From Plasmodiophora brassicae (Eukaryota): a DNA stretch of 64,000 nt. The notes below the pieces were generated by a model. That model did not search any database and had not been told where the DNA came from. It was given only the letters and a program-made list of their open reading frames with translations. This document shows, piece by piece, positions 1 through 15,613 of this stretch; within the stretch, counting starts at the first letter, position 1; each line of letters starts with the position of its first letter. The position numbers and the translations under genes are program-made. The stretch is taken from contig CP145412.1 of assembly GCA_036867785.1 (NCBI GenBank), positions 868,001-932,000 on the forward strand, given 5' to 3'.

Positions 1-76
1 CGCCTATCTTAAGGGATGATCAGTTGAGCAGGTAAAAAGGAAAGGGGCCCCTGTAAAACAGGTGGCCACCTCCCAC

Positions 77-90
77 AGGGAGGGGGAGGA
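77..90 (+). other. Polypurine tract (PPT) of a probable LTR retroelement
   Basis: 14 consecutive purines AGGGAGGGGGAGGA immediately followed by TGTCG, the usual PPT/3'-LTR junction arrangement. Confidence 0.6.
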
Positions 91-550
91 TGTCGTCAGT
101 AGTGTAGTTTAGTTTATAGTTGGGATTCCGCGTTTTTCACGCAGGCGCCTTGGTCTCGGGTTCGACGACCGTAGGATCAGCTGACAGAACGTTAGCTTCT
201 CCCGGCCTGGCAGTGCCGGCCTCTCACCTTTGTGCTGGGATCTCGCAGAGCGGTGACTCCGGAGCAAGTCTGAGGGCTCTTTGAGCACCCCAAAGGTTCG
301 TAGGCTATGATCTCCCTCACTGCGGTTGATCTGCCTACATCGTCAGTTGTGTAGACAGGTCAACCGAAGAGATCAAACTCTACGAATCTTCGGGAGCTCG
401 CTGAGCCCCGGAGTCCCCACACGGCAAGATCCCAGCACAAAGGTGATAGGCCGGCACTGCCAGGCCGGGGAATTAGCGGGCGTTCTGCTAGCTGAACCCA
501 AGGTCCTTGGACCCGAGACCGAGGCGCCTGCGTGAAAAGCGCGAATATCA
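91..550 (+). mobile_element. Probable 3' LTR of an LTR retroelement; body would lie upstream of the window
   Basis: Starts with TG right after the PPT and ends ...AATATCA at 550, exactly where unrelated duplicated sequence begins (554). No credible protein ORF. The 5' LTR and TSD are not visible. Confidence 0.55.
129..543 (+). repeat. Imperfect ~415-nt fold-back forming a rod-like stem-loop
   Basis: 129-161 pairs with 511-543 (33 bp, two G-U); 201-243 pairs with 427-469 (43 bp, one mismatch); shorter helices GACTCCGG/CCGGAGTC, GGTTCGTAG/CTACGAATC, TGATCTC/GAGATCA; apical helix 324-340/349-365. Confidence 0.9.
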
Positions 551-553
551 AAT

Positions 554-862
554 ACGATCCGAAGAACACCGAGCAGGTCGGATCCGCTGTAACGCAGATC
601 CATGTTGAGCGCGGGCTCACTGGGCCCTACAAAGAACCTTGCGAGTCTTGCGTCCGCGAATACGATGCCAACAACCAGTCGCCGGCCTGTGTCAACACCT
701 GTACTGTCGACGAATGATTGTACAGGTGTTTGACACAGCCCGGCGACTGGTTGTTGGCATCGCACTCGCAGATGCAAGACTCGCAAGAGGGCTCAGTGAG
801 CCCGCGCTCAACGTGGGTCTGCGTTACAGCGGACCCGACCTGCTCGGCGTTCTTCGGATCGT
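554..862. repeat. Inverted duplication, ~150-bp arms with a 15-nt loop
   Basis: 554-704 is the diverged reverse complement of 720-862; both strands encode NAEQVGSAVTQxHVERGLT..CESC. Confidence 0.9.
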
Positions 863-1131
863 TCCAGCCGCCTTCCGCGACCAATTGCTCCCCGTCGACA
901 CACAGTCGTGGACGTCCGGCGTTGTCTACCATTGACATCCCAGCAGGCGACAGCTTGTACTGGTTGTACAGCTTCAGGTTGCGGATATCCATTGCTGGAC
1001 ACTTTGCGTCATTGCCGACGTACGGGTCGAGCGCCAATATCGACTCGTAGTCGCCGATGATAGATTGGAACGTGGACAACCCCTTCCAGTGCTTCTTTAA
1101 GCCTTGCGCGTGTTCTGCACGTCGGTGCCAT
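705..1131 (-). pseudogene. Degenerate, frameshifted fragment resembling the N-terminal region of Crypton-like tyrosine-recombinase proteins
   Basis: MAPTCRTRARLKEALEG then a frame change to IIGDYESILAL..CPAM..LKLYNQYK..GGWNDPKNAEQ..SAVTQTHVERG..CESC..GCVKH. Family assignment is from my recollection of this motif pattern, not a search. Confidence 0.35.
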
Positions 1132-1552
1132 GTTGGTCGAACAAGTCGATAGGATTCGCAAGCAGCTGGATACCGTGGCGTTGAGCAGCGATTTCAACGC
1201 CACTTTTCGCCAACCTCTCCATCCGGGTGCGCCTCGGCGCAGGAAGACGTCATCTCCCTACCGGCTACCACGACGGTTGCGAAACCTGGCCATGTCGATT
1301 TCCTCGCTGGAAGCTGCCGATTCGCTGCGGACGCCGTCGTACTCGTCGGACACCGCGGAGGATTTGGCGCGGCTGTCTCGGTGGTACAAATAAACTTTGG
1401 CATTTTCGGAGTCCAAACACCATTCACAGAGGGCTGACCAGGCCTCACATACAAAGGCTGCGCACAGGAAACCGAAGTCAACAAGTAGTCGATACCCGTG
1501 GCAGAAGGAAAAGTCGGTGGAAATTACTTCGACCGGGCTCTTAGGTGCGCGA

Positions 1553-2633
1553 ATGAGTGCACTTAGGAAGCGGGCGATCTTGCCCATCGTCCTCGTCGCG
1601 GCGTGCCTGCTGGCCATGGTGGTAGTCATTACCCAGACATACACGGTGGCGTCGCGCGACAATATCCATGCAATCGTGAAATCCAATGAGGCCCCCAGAC
1701 GAACACTGCCCAAGCCGACCATTGCGTTATTGATGCCGGCGAGGTCGACGACCAGTATGGTCGCGGTGGAGAACGCGCCGCTATTGACAACATTCCTGCC
1801 ATCAATGATCGAAACTATTTCGTCTGATGATCGGAACAACTTCGACTATGCGTTGTACATGGGATTTGACGTCGCGGACCCGCTCTTCGACAACGAGAAG
1901 AATTTGAAGACGCTGAAGCAGAAGGTGGAAAACGCGAATGTCTTCAAAATCATCGAGTTCTTCGCATTTCACAAGACTAAGGTATACCAGGCACGCGAGA
2001 TGGCGTTACTTCTAATGTCTATGTCAGGGGCGTCCCGTGCTTGTCTGGAATCGTTTGGCATCTGCGGCGTACAACGACGGATGCCATTACTTTTATCAAG
2101 TTAACGACGACCTCGAACTCGTCTCACACGATTGGTCGCGCACGTTGACTGAACGCCTGAAGAGCAACCCGGTGTTCCCTGGTCTCGGCGTCGCCGGTCC
2201 CCAGGATACCCGCAGACCAAGAGCCGACCTCATGACGCAAGCGTTCGTGTCGCGCATCCACCTGCACATATTCGGCTACTTCTACCCGCCCCTGTTCTCG
2301 AACTGGTGGTCAGACGACTGGATATCAATGGTCTACGGGGAGCAGCACACATTTAGAGCAGACGGTAACGATATTGCTTCCTTACAAACAGACCCGACTG
2401 GACCAATTCCTGACATTACGATCTGCACAGAAATCTTGGTGAGCAATACGCAATCGTATGGCGGCCCCTCCCGATACGAGATTGCACGTGGCGATCAGGA
2501 CATTCTGCAAATACTGGTCGATAACGGCAAGAGGATGATCGGGGAGTTCCTGGAAGAGCACGAACCTGGCGCCACACTGTCCGACGAACCTCGTCACAAG
2601 GACCAAAGATCACCACATGCAATTGGCGATTAA
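1553..2633 (+). CDS. Type II membrane glycosyltransferase-like protein (GT-A fold), 3 exons
   Basis: N-terminal TM helix AILPIVLVAACLLAMVVVIT; YFYQVNDD (DxD-like), TQAFVSRIH and FSNWWSDDWIS motifs; GT-AG introns near 1982-2028 and 2364-2430. Confidence 0.7.
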
Positions 2634-2910
2634 AATGACAATATACCAAACCAGGACGGTGATGTTGTGGGATTCTCTAGCAGTCGACCCTCACGTTCAG
2701 CATCATCCTCTGTCCCAGGGAGTCTGGGAGATGTCGAAAAAGCGAGATGGTCTAGAGACTACAGCCTAAAGTGGCTCTATGTCTCCTTTTGACGGTTATA
2801 CGAAGAGGTATAAAGTTGTACAATTTCCGTCAGTGATGGTGGTCTTATCGCGAGGTTCGCGACTCGAGATGACATGAGAACCCTGTGGCAAGGCGCCATC
2901 GTGGACACTT

Positions 2911-3912
2911 TCACTTCGCAATGGTGACAACAGCCTTGCCCGCGACATGGCCCGTCTCGAGGTACTCAACTCCTTTGACAAGATCCTCGAACTGGAACAC
3001 CTTGTCAATGACCGGTCGAACCTGCATTGTCTCCACCCATCCCTTCAGTGTCTCCAAATACTCCCGCTTGGGCATGAAGACAAAGTTGGCGATCCTCCGC
3101 TGTCTTATGAGGCCGCGAACCTGATTGCCAATCATGCCTGCCAGGAACGAGAGCGACGACTCGTTCTGGTCTGCGGTGCCGACAACGACCAGGACGCCCG
3201 TGCGCGTGAGACAGCTCAACATCTTGGTGACGCCTTGGGTCGACACAATGTCAATCACCGCATCGTACAGGTTGCCCAGATCGGTAAAGTTCTGCTGGGT
3301 ATAATCAATGACGTGGTCGGCACCAAGTGATTTCACCAGAGCGACGTTCTTCGTGCTGCAGACTGCCGTCACCTCCGCGCCCAGCGCCTTCGCAATCTGG
3401 ACAGCAAATGTACCGACTCCACCCGACGCGCCGTTGATAAGCACCTTTTGGCCATTTGCCAGCTTGGCCTGCTCAGTGAGCGCAACGAGAGCGGTGGCGG
3501 CGGCGACCGGGATGGCAGCGGCCTCCTCGTGCGACAGCCGGGACGGTTTCAACGCAACGGCGCCTGCATCGACAGCGACGTATTCAGCGAACGCACCCAG
3601 CACCGGCATGGGTGCTTGTCCGAACACGCCATCGCCGACTTTGAAATCCTTGACGGCGTCTCCGACCTGCTCGACGACGCCCGCAAAGTCAGAGCCGAAA
3701 AGGGAGTTGGGCCTGGGCCTGGTTAGGCCGCCCAGTGCCAGGCGAATGAGGCCCGGCGCCCCACGCAGAACGTGCCAGTCGCCCGCGTTCAACGCAGCAG
3801 CATGGACCTTGACCAGTACCTGGTTGCTCTGAAGCGCGGGGATCGGCACATCGTCCTTGAACTGGAGGGACGACGCCGCTGGGCCATACGCGTTGCGGAC
3901 GTACGCTTTCAT
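2911..3912 (-). CDS. NAD(P)-dependent MDR-family oxidoreductase (quinone-reductase-like), intronless
   Basis: 333-aa ORF with VLVKVHAAALN, GSDFAGVV, the NGASGGVG nucleotide-binding motif, LGADHVIDY and GKAVV. Confidence 0.92.
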   Translation of the reverse strand: MKAYVRNAYGPAASSLQFKDDVPIPALQSNQVLVKVHAAALNAGDWHVLRGAPGLIRLALGGLTRPRPNSLFGSDFAGVVEQVGDAVKDFKVGDGVFGQAPMPVLGAFAEYVAVDAGAVALKPSRLSHEEAAAIPVAAATALVALTEQAKLANGQKVLINGASGGVGTFAVQIAKALGAEVTAVCSTKNVALVKSLGADHVIDYTQQNFTDLGNLYDAVIDIVSTQGVTKMLSCLTRTGVLVVVGTADQNESSLSFLAGMIGNQVRGLIRQRRIANFVFMPKREYLETLKGWVETMQVRPVIDKVFQFEDLVKGVEYLETGHVAGKAVVTIAK

Positions 3913-4243
3913 CGGTTTTGCTGACGGAGCGTCATCGAAGAAGGGACGACAAACGCAACGTTGTTACCAATGTCGTCGTCGCGGGTTGCGCGAGGTATGA
4001 CGATGTCAGTTTGTGCATAGCGGCCCTCTTTGTTAACTGGCCAGGTTCCCGTTAAGGAATGCACCGTGTCAGGAAAGCGTAACGAACGTACGGTACGGTA
4101 CCGTACCATCCCCATGGCTGCGATCTAAAAATATAGCAGCCTCGCTCGGAGCGCCTTCGCCAGAGAGGACGATCCAGCGCCCTGGTGCAGTGGAAGGTAC
4201 ATACCCATACGGCGGAGGGAGGGGCGGACACGCGGGACGCGGC

Positions 4244-4887
4244 TATGGAATTGTTAAAAACAGAGAATGGCTGGTGGAGTGTAAAATACATGTATTTTAC
4301 ACGTAAAAAACATGTTTAAAACAGCAGGGGGTTGCGCCCCCCTCGCAGTACGCCTTCATACCATGGTCACGGTCCTGACAACCTGACCAGATTTGATGAT
4401 CTCTTCGTCACCAACTGGGTACAAATGTGTGCCCGAAATCGCCTCGGCAAGTGTGCCTGGCTCGGCAATGCCAACGAACCCTGCGAACTCCAGTCGAAGT
4501 TACGTCTTCGTCATCGGAATCATCGTCTGGCTCTTCGTCAAAGTCACGTACTTCCGAACCAAGCGACCCGGTTCAACGTGTGAAGGGGGTCATCTCGCGT
4601 ATCTTTGTACGGCGATTCATCTGGGCACTTGAATGCGATCCCAGTTCCTTGCTCAACGTTGCATCCCGATAGTCGAGCGCGTAGCCGGGAGTGCACGCGG
4701 TTGCAGGACTTGTGATTCCGCTCGCCCCCGACGACGACGACACGCACGCACAACGAAGGCTCTGGGATGGATCGGGAAACCCTTACGTTACCTGTATTTT
4801 ACAGTGTAAAGTTGGTTCCTGAGAGGTGTATTTTACATGTAAAAAACAGGCTTGTAAAAAACACCCCTTTATTACAACAATTCCATA
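4244..4887 (-). mobile_element. Non-autonomous, internally deleted hAT transposon (644 bp)
   Basis: Perfect 12-bp TIRs TATGGAATTGTT/AACAATTCCATA; 8-bp TSD GACGCGGC (4236-4243, 4888-4895); subterminal TGTATTTTACA and GTAAAAAACA repeats at both ends; frameshifted hAT dimerisation-domain remnant SSSSG/ERNHKSCNRVHSRLRARL at ~4630-4757 (-). Confidence 0.85.
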
Positions 4888-5076
4888 GACGCGGCATTAT
4901 TACTCAGTCCGACAGTGCGCAGTTGGTCTGCACCTGTCTGTCGACGAAGACAACTGCGAGCGCGTCTACCTGGTGGTTGGCGCGGCGCGTGAGTCACGAC
5001 GTCGGAAGGGAGCACGACACCCGGGATTCCACGACGTCGCCGGTTGCCACTATCCAATCCACGCTAGAACGCGCAC

Positions 5077-9833
<4,757 letters not shown>

Positions 9834-10086
9834 TCGATCCGCCCATTACTAAATACCAATGCATGCCGCCCGTCTCGCCACCGAAGGTGCCCCGTCTCGT
9901 ACTGCCGCTCCGTTCGTGCGTCCACCAACCGCCGTCCGACGTTGTTTACGCCCATCGCTAATTGCCTGCACTGGCAATCGCCACCGTTGTTGCCGCGCAT
10001 GACGAAACGGCTTCGTCAGTCGTGGTGTAGAAGAGAGGCGTCGACCGTCTCGTCACACAATCGGGTACGGGACCGATCGGCGGCCG

Positions 10087-11944
10087 ATGTCGTGGCTGGC
10101 GACGACGGCCTCGCTATGCCTGTCGCTGCTGGCCACGTTCGCGCTCGCCGACCTGCCTGTGCATTGCATGCGGTCGCAGGTGTACGGCGACTGGGACCTG
10201 ACGCTATCGGCGCCCGTCCCGAACCGGAACGTGGCGTGCGGGCACCCGAGCCCCGACACGAACCTCGCCGAGCTCCAGCTGGTGTACGAGATCCGGCCGG
10301 TGTCGGCGGTCCTGCGGGTCAGGCTGTCCGCCCCCAACGTCGTCGTTGATCGCGACACGGCCGAACGAGGCACGTTCACCACGGTCGTCGACGAGGGCAT
10401 GGAGATACGCATCGCTGGGCGCGTCCTGTTCGCCAAGTTCCATTACCATCTCGCGGACCCTGCCGACCTCGACGACGACGACGACGACCTGCCGCCTATC
10501 GACGATCGCTCCGCTTACGTCAGCGACTGCGGTCGCACGTCGCCAGGTCAGATTCGTACACGAGACCGGCGGGCCGTTAGCATGAACGGGACTGGCAGGG
10601 TGGTTCAGGCAAGGCGACGGGCAATGGGGATGCTTCCTGGCGGAGCAGACCAGGCCGTCAGCGAATGGGAAGACGGCGTCTCTCCTGATTCGGAGCAGCG
10701 GGTACTTTGACGAGCACCGGCGGCAGAGGACGTACCAGTACGACGAGGCGCTCGTCGACGCTGTCAACAGCGACCCGTCGTCGCTGTGGCAGGCGACGAT
10801 CTACCCGGCGTTCGCCGACCTGTCCGAGTACACACTGAACAAGCTCATGGGCAGGAAGCGGTACCTGAAGAGCGTCGCCGGGACGCGCGGCGACGCGGTT
10901 CGCGTCGAGGACGACGACGGCGACGACGGCCTGCCGCTGGCCGTCGACTGGCGCAACCACGATGGGCACAACTTCGACTCGCCAATCCGCAACCAGGGCC
11001 GCTGCGGGTCCTGCTACGCGTTCGCCACCGGCGCCATGCTGGAGGCGCGCACCAGGATCGCCCGGTACCGGCACGGTCTGGGCATGAGCAACCCGGCGTA
11101 CTCGACGTCCGACGTGCTGTCCTGCAGCCGGTACAACGAGGGGTGCCATGGCGGGTACCCGTTCCTGGTCGCCAAGTACGCCCAGGAGTTCGGCCTGGTG
11201 AGCCACGCGCGCCATTCGCCCTGCGCGCCCGGGCTCAACACTGACCTCTGGGCACAGTTGCACGACGACGACGACGACGACGACGCCGGGGATGACGACC
11301 AATGCGCCTCCACCGGCAGGGTCCGGTTCACCGACGATTACCACTACGTTGGAGGTGCGGTCGTGGCCGCTGATGGCGGGCGCGCGACCCACCACCCCAT
11401 GGCTGACGGTGCGGCGGCGCAGGGTGGTACGGCGCCTGCAACGAGCGCGACATGCGCCGGGAGCTGGCGCTGTACGGGCCGATCACGGCGGCGCTGCAGG
11501 TACCGCACGACCTCACCATGTACAAGAGCGGGATCTTCACCGCCTGTCCCGACGGCGCCGGCGCCAAGAACGCGGACGGCTACGAGTACAGCGACCACGC
11601 CGTCGTAGGCCGCACCGGTCACCGCGAACGGGGCGCCGGCTGAACCGATGGCGATGCGTGCCCAGGTCATTGTCGGGTACGGCGAGCGCGATGCCGTCAA
11701 GTACTGGATCATCCGTAATTCCTGGGGGACCGCCTTCGGCGAGAACGGGTACTTCCGCCTGCCCGTAAGACGTATTCCGAACGCGCGCGTCCGGCCGGGG
11801 GGCGCTGACCGGGTCGTTTGCCCCCAGCGTGGCGTCGACGCGTGCGGCATCGAGAGCAGCGCCGTCGCCGCGTACCCGTTCCCGCCGTCGAACGGTGCCG
11901 TCAAGAAGCGCCACCGGCAGGCGCGTCGCAAGCAACGCCTGTAA
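10087..11944 (+). CDS. Cathepsin C / dipeptidyl-peptidase I (papain family C1A), multi-exon
   Basis: Signal peptide then ADLPVHC (exclusion-domain start); [11 protein letters not shown] (catalytic Cys), [15 protein letters not shown] (His), IIRNSWG (Asn), CGIES. Confidence 0.88.
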
Positions 11945-11954
11945 ACGCGTCCCG

Positions 11955-12596
11955 TTATCGGGGCGGTCCGTTCATTGTTGTGGTGAAGACGCGCGCCGCC
12001 TGCCCCGGGTCGGCCATGTCGGCCGGCGACATGGCCGGGTTGATGCGGGCGACGACGTCGTCGACGTCGCCCGGCGGCAGCTTGGCGGCGGCGACGACCA
12101 GCAGCTGTCGGAGGTCGTCGGCGCACAGCAGGCGGAAGCGCGGGGCGCCGGCCGGGATGGATCGGAAGCCGGGCGAGGCCGTCAGGCGGACGAGGCCGTC
12201 GTAGATGGCGCCGGCGTCCACGGACGCGTCCGCCAGGCGCCGGGCGGCCCGGATCTCGACCTGCCCGAGGCCCTTCGACCGCAGCAGGACGAACAGGATG
12301 CCGACCTGGCGGCGGACCAGGTCGATCCGGTCGCCGGACAGGTCGGGTTCGACTCGGCGTCGCCAGTCGTGGACGTCGTCGACGTAGCGCTGCAGGGCGT
12401 CGGCGTCGTAGTCGTCGTCGTCGCGGCACGGCAGCTGGGCGGCCCTGGCGAACCAGCGACGCAGCGTCTCCTCCAGGTCGTCGTTACCCGGGCCCAGCGC
12501 CGCCGTCATGACGACGACGAGGACGGTGACGCCCAGGATGGCGGCCGTGACGACGATGGCGGCCGACCCGAAGAAGGCCCGGATCTCATTCGCCAT
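11955..12596 (-). CDS. Hypothetical protein with N-terminal transmembrane/signal anchor
   Basis: Uninterrupted ORF MANEIRAFFGSAAIVVTAAILGVTVLVVVM... with GC3-rich codons; no family recognised. Confidence 0.55.
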   Translation of the reverse strand: MANEIRAFFGSAAIVVTAAILGVTVLVVVMTAALGPGNDDLEETLRRWFARAAQLPCRDDDDYDADALQRYVDDVHDWRRRVEPDLSGDRIDLVRRQVGILFVLLRSKGLGQVEIRAARRLADASVDAGAIYDGLVRLTASPGFRSIPAGAPRFRLLCADDLRQLLVVAAAKLPPGDVDDVVARINPAMSPADMADPGQAARVFTTTMNGPPR

Positions 12597-12847
12597 CGGA
12601 CGTGGGATTTGGAAGTGAGCCAGTGGGGCCGGAACCTGACCGCCAGGACTAGTCGTCACCGATTAATGCTCGCCGTCATCGCGGTGTGTGGTGGGGGGAG
12701 GGGGGTCGACGACCCCCCTGGTCCCGTTACGCGAAGAACACGGCGGGCGGCAGCAGGGGCAGAGGGCGACGAAGCCGGGGGCAGGCTGGCGGCAGGAGAA
12801 TATCTAGTAATATCAGGGCGTGTGCCATATCAGTATATGGTTCGGCG

Positions 12848-14997
12848 ATGCGATGGGCCGTCGCGGTCAGCTTAACGGTGGGGGCGGTGATCGTCACCGG
12901 GCGATGGCGGGTGCTGGTTGCCGCCGGCTCGTGTGCGGATCTCCAGCCGGTGGCGCTGTCCGCCCCCGAAGTCGGGTACCAGAGCGTGCTGGCGATCCGG
13001 CTCAGCGCCCTGTCGCTGGGCGAATCCGACCTGTCGACCTACGCCAGCTGTAGCGCCACGAACCTGACCTATCGGGGGCCGTCGTTGACGACCGCGTTCC
13101 GGGCCGTCGTCCAATCCGGCGCCCGTGTCACGTTGTCGCAGATCGAGTGGGTCATGCTCGACAACAACCTGATCCAGGGCGGCATCGGCCTCGCCAGGTT
13201 CATGTCCGCCCTGCCGGGCGTCCGCGTCGTCCAGCTGTTCGCCAACACGATCACGGGGCTGGCGGCCGGCACGTTCGCCGCCCAGACGCAGCTGCTCCTG
13301 CTCGACCTGGGCATCAACCCGATCACGACGCTGCCGGCGGCAACGTTCTCCTCGCTACACCGTCTGCAGGCCTTGTCAGTCGGCACAGGCGACGTCTACA
13401 CCAGGTTGCCGCTGACGTGGCACACAGGTTCCTGGACTCGTGCGACCTACAGACACTCCCGGCCGGGATCTTCTCGCCAATGACCAGCCTGCATGAGCTG
13501 TAAGGCGGCCTACTCCCCTCGGGGCCCGCCTCTCTGCCCCTGACAGGCGCGCAACAGGTACCTGTCGGCGAACCCGAAGCTGTCGTCGTTGCCATCGGGC
13601 GCGCTTGACGATCTGCCGCTGCTGTCCTATGTGTACGAGTCGACGGCGGTAGACGTTGTACTGGAGCCCGTAGAGTCTGACGACAGCTGGTGCAGGAACG
13701 TATCCGAGACGCGGGTCGGGTGTTTCCCGAGTGCGCCAGGCGGGGCGACGTTGTACGACCCGCCGACGTTGCCGAATTGTCGACTGGATCCCGTGCCGAA
13801 CGCGATCTACCCGTCGCAGCGGGTCGCGTTTACCGTTGCCGAGCCGTGCACGACGTTCACGTCGCCGACGCTGGTGTCCGATCTGGCGGGCGCGTTGAAC
13901 GCAAGCGCGTCCCGGTTCGGGAACGTGCAGGTCGTCGGCGTCCCAGAAAACCCCAGCGCCTGCGCCCTGCAGGTCGACATGATGCTGGACAACGCCGGCA
14001 ACAAGCACGCGTACACGTCGTTGCAGGCGCAAGCGTCGACGACGAACAGCCCGTTCCTGAACGGGCAGGTGACGCGGTACTACCTGGCGCATGGTGGCGT
14101 TGTCGCGTCGGCGGCATCCGTTCGCGCTTGCCAGAACGGGACGTCCCCAAACACGTACTTCGTTGACGTGGGCGTGTCGTGCACGCCGGGCGGCAACTCG
14201 CAGGCAGCAGGTTTGTCAGAACAGTGGAAGCCAGGTCCATCGTGTGGGTTAAGATGTGGCCGGCAGGCGGAGGTGGCTGGTTCCAGACGGTCGTGGATTT
14301 CGTGCAGCGAATCTTCGAAGGGTGGTGGAGCCCACCTGTCTGGGTCATGTTCAGCCTGATCATCCTCTTCCTGTTGTGCGTCCTGCTGGTCGCTGTGGCA
14401 ACCGTCCGGCTCGTTCGGCAGCGGTACCTGGCCACACGGAACGAACGCGCTGCGAATTACTGGAGGCAGCCCGATAAGGTGACCGGGTACGCGGCTGCCG
14501 GTAACGATCATCGCCGCAAGGACAACGCTATCAACCTGTCCGATAACGACCCGCTGTCCGACCTGGCATCGTTCCACGACATGCAGATCGATTCCCGATG
14601 GAGCAAACAGAAGTCGTCGTCACCGGTGGCGGCAACGGGCCTGCCCAGCGACCCACATATGTCCAGCCCTCCCAGCAGGCCATGGAAGGTACAGGTCACG
14701 CAACCAGACGAGCGGCGCATCGACCCGTTCTGGCACGAACAGAAGGTCATCCAGGTCAAGACAAAGCCACCGACGAAGGCGCCCGAGATTCCGGTGGAAA
14801 AGCCCAGTCCCCGGCAATTCCAGGAGCCGCTCGACTTTATTATGCCGAATGCCTCGCTGGGCACGCAGGCGCCGCCGATGTCGCAACCCGTCACCAAGGT
14901 CCGACCCGGGCTGAACGCCATCCGCCGACAAAAGTTCAAAGCGCTGACCGACACGTCCGGCGACGACTCCATGCCGGACACGGACGCCGAATTCTAG
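12848..14997 (+). CDS. Type I membrane protein with extracellular leucine-rich repeats, multi-exon
   Basis: Signal peptide; LRRs (LDLGINPITTLPAATFSSL, FLDSCDLQTLPAGIFSPM, LSSLPSGALDDL); TM helix VWVMFSLIILFLLCVLLVAV; low-complexity cytoplasmic tail. Confidence 0.75.
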
Positions 14998-15053
14998 AAA
15001 TGAAAACGTTACGCAACAGGCCCAAGTCGCCGGGAGGCGATTTGGGACCACGG

Positions 15054-15175
15054 ATGCAGCTCCCACTGCTGCGCTGCGCTGCGCGTAGGTCGCCTGTCGC
15101 GCTACCAATGCAGCTCCCACTGCTGCGCTGCGCTGCGCGTAGGTAGCCTGTTGCGCTATGCGATGCAGCTCCCAC
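15054..15175. repeat. Tandem repeat, ~54-bp unit, two full copies plus a partial third
   Basis: ATGCAGCTCCCAC starts at 15054, 15108 and 15163; units contain (GCTGC)n. Confidence 0.85.
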
Positions 15176-15613
15176 GCGAGCAACACGTCGGACCGCAGCG
15201 GCCCACTGAGCGCGCTGCAGACAGAAGTGCGTCTACAAAAGCCGGGGACCAATGAGGGCCATCGATCGATATTGTCGTGGCAACCAGCAAAGACCGTTTG
15301 GCGCGCTGGCGGGCGCACGGGCGAAGTGGGGGGCCGTCGTGGGGGCGCCGGTCACACGGCCCGGGTCGGCCAGCAAGTGGGAGACTTGCCGGTGAGACGT
15401 GGGCCGGCAAGAAAGGGGGTCGCGCCTAACGCGCGCGTCCGGCGGGGGGACGGGGTGGGTGTGTGTCTTGCGTTTCAAGGGTATCCCCCCCGGACCAGAG
15501 CAATTGTGAGGGCTTTACGCAGATCAGCGGCGACTTGGTCAGGCACGATGCGTTTGTATACAGACCCGCGCGGCAAGTCCCCGAACCCAAGTTCCGGTGG
15601 AGCCCGAGTGGCG

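Noticed and set aside
271-350. Minus-strand hammerhead-like arrangement (CTGACGA, stem GTAGGC/GCCTAC, GAA) in the LTR rod
   Set aside because: Reads GAAC rather than GAAA, lacks the UH cleavage site after the stem-III-like hairpin, and has no stem I.
11344-12875. Long Arg/Pro/Gly-rich ORFs of about 350 aa
   Set aside because: Shadow frames of GC-rich real genes (cathepsin C and the 11955-12596 gene).
15054-15175. CRISPR-like repeat
   Set aside because: Whole units are duplicated with no unique spacers; eukaryotic context and no cas genes.
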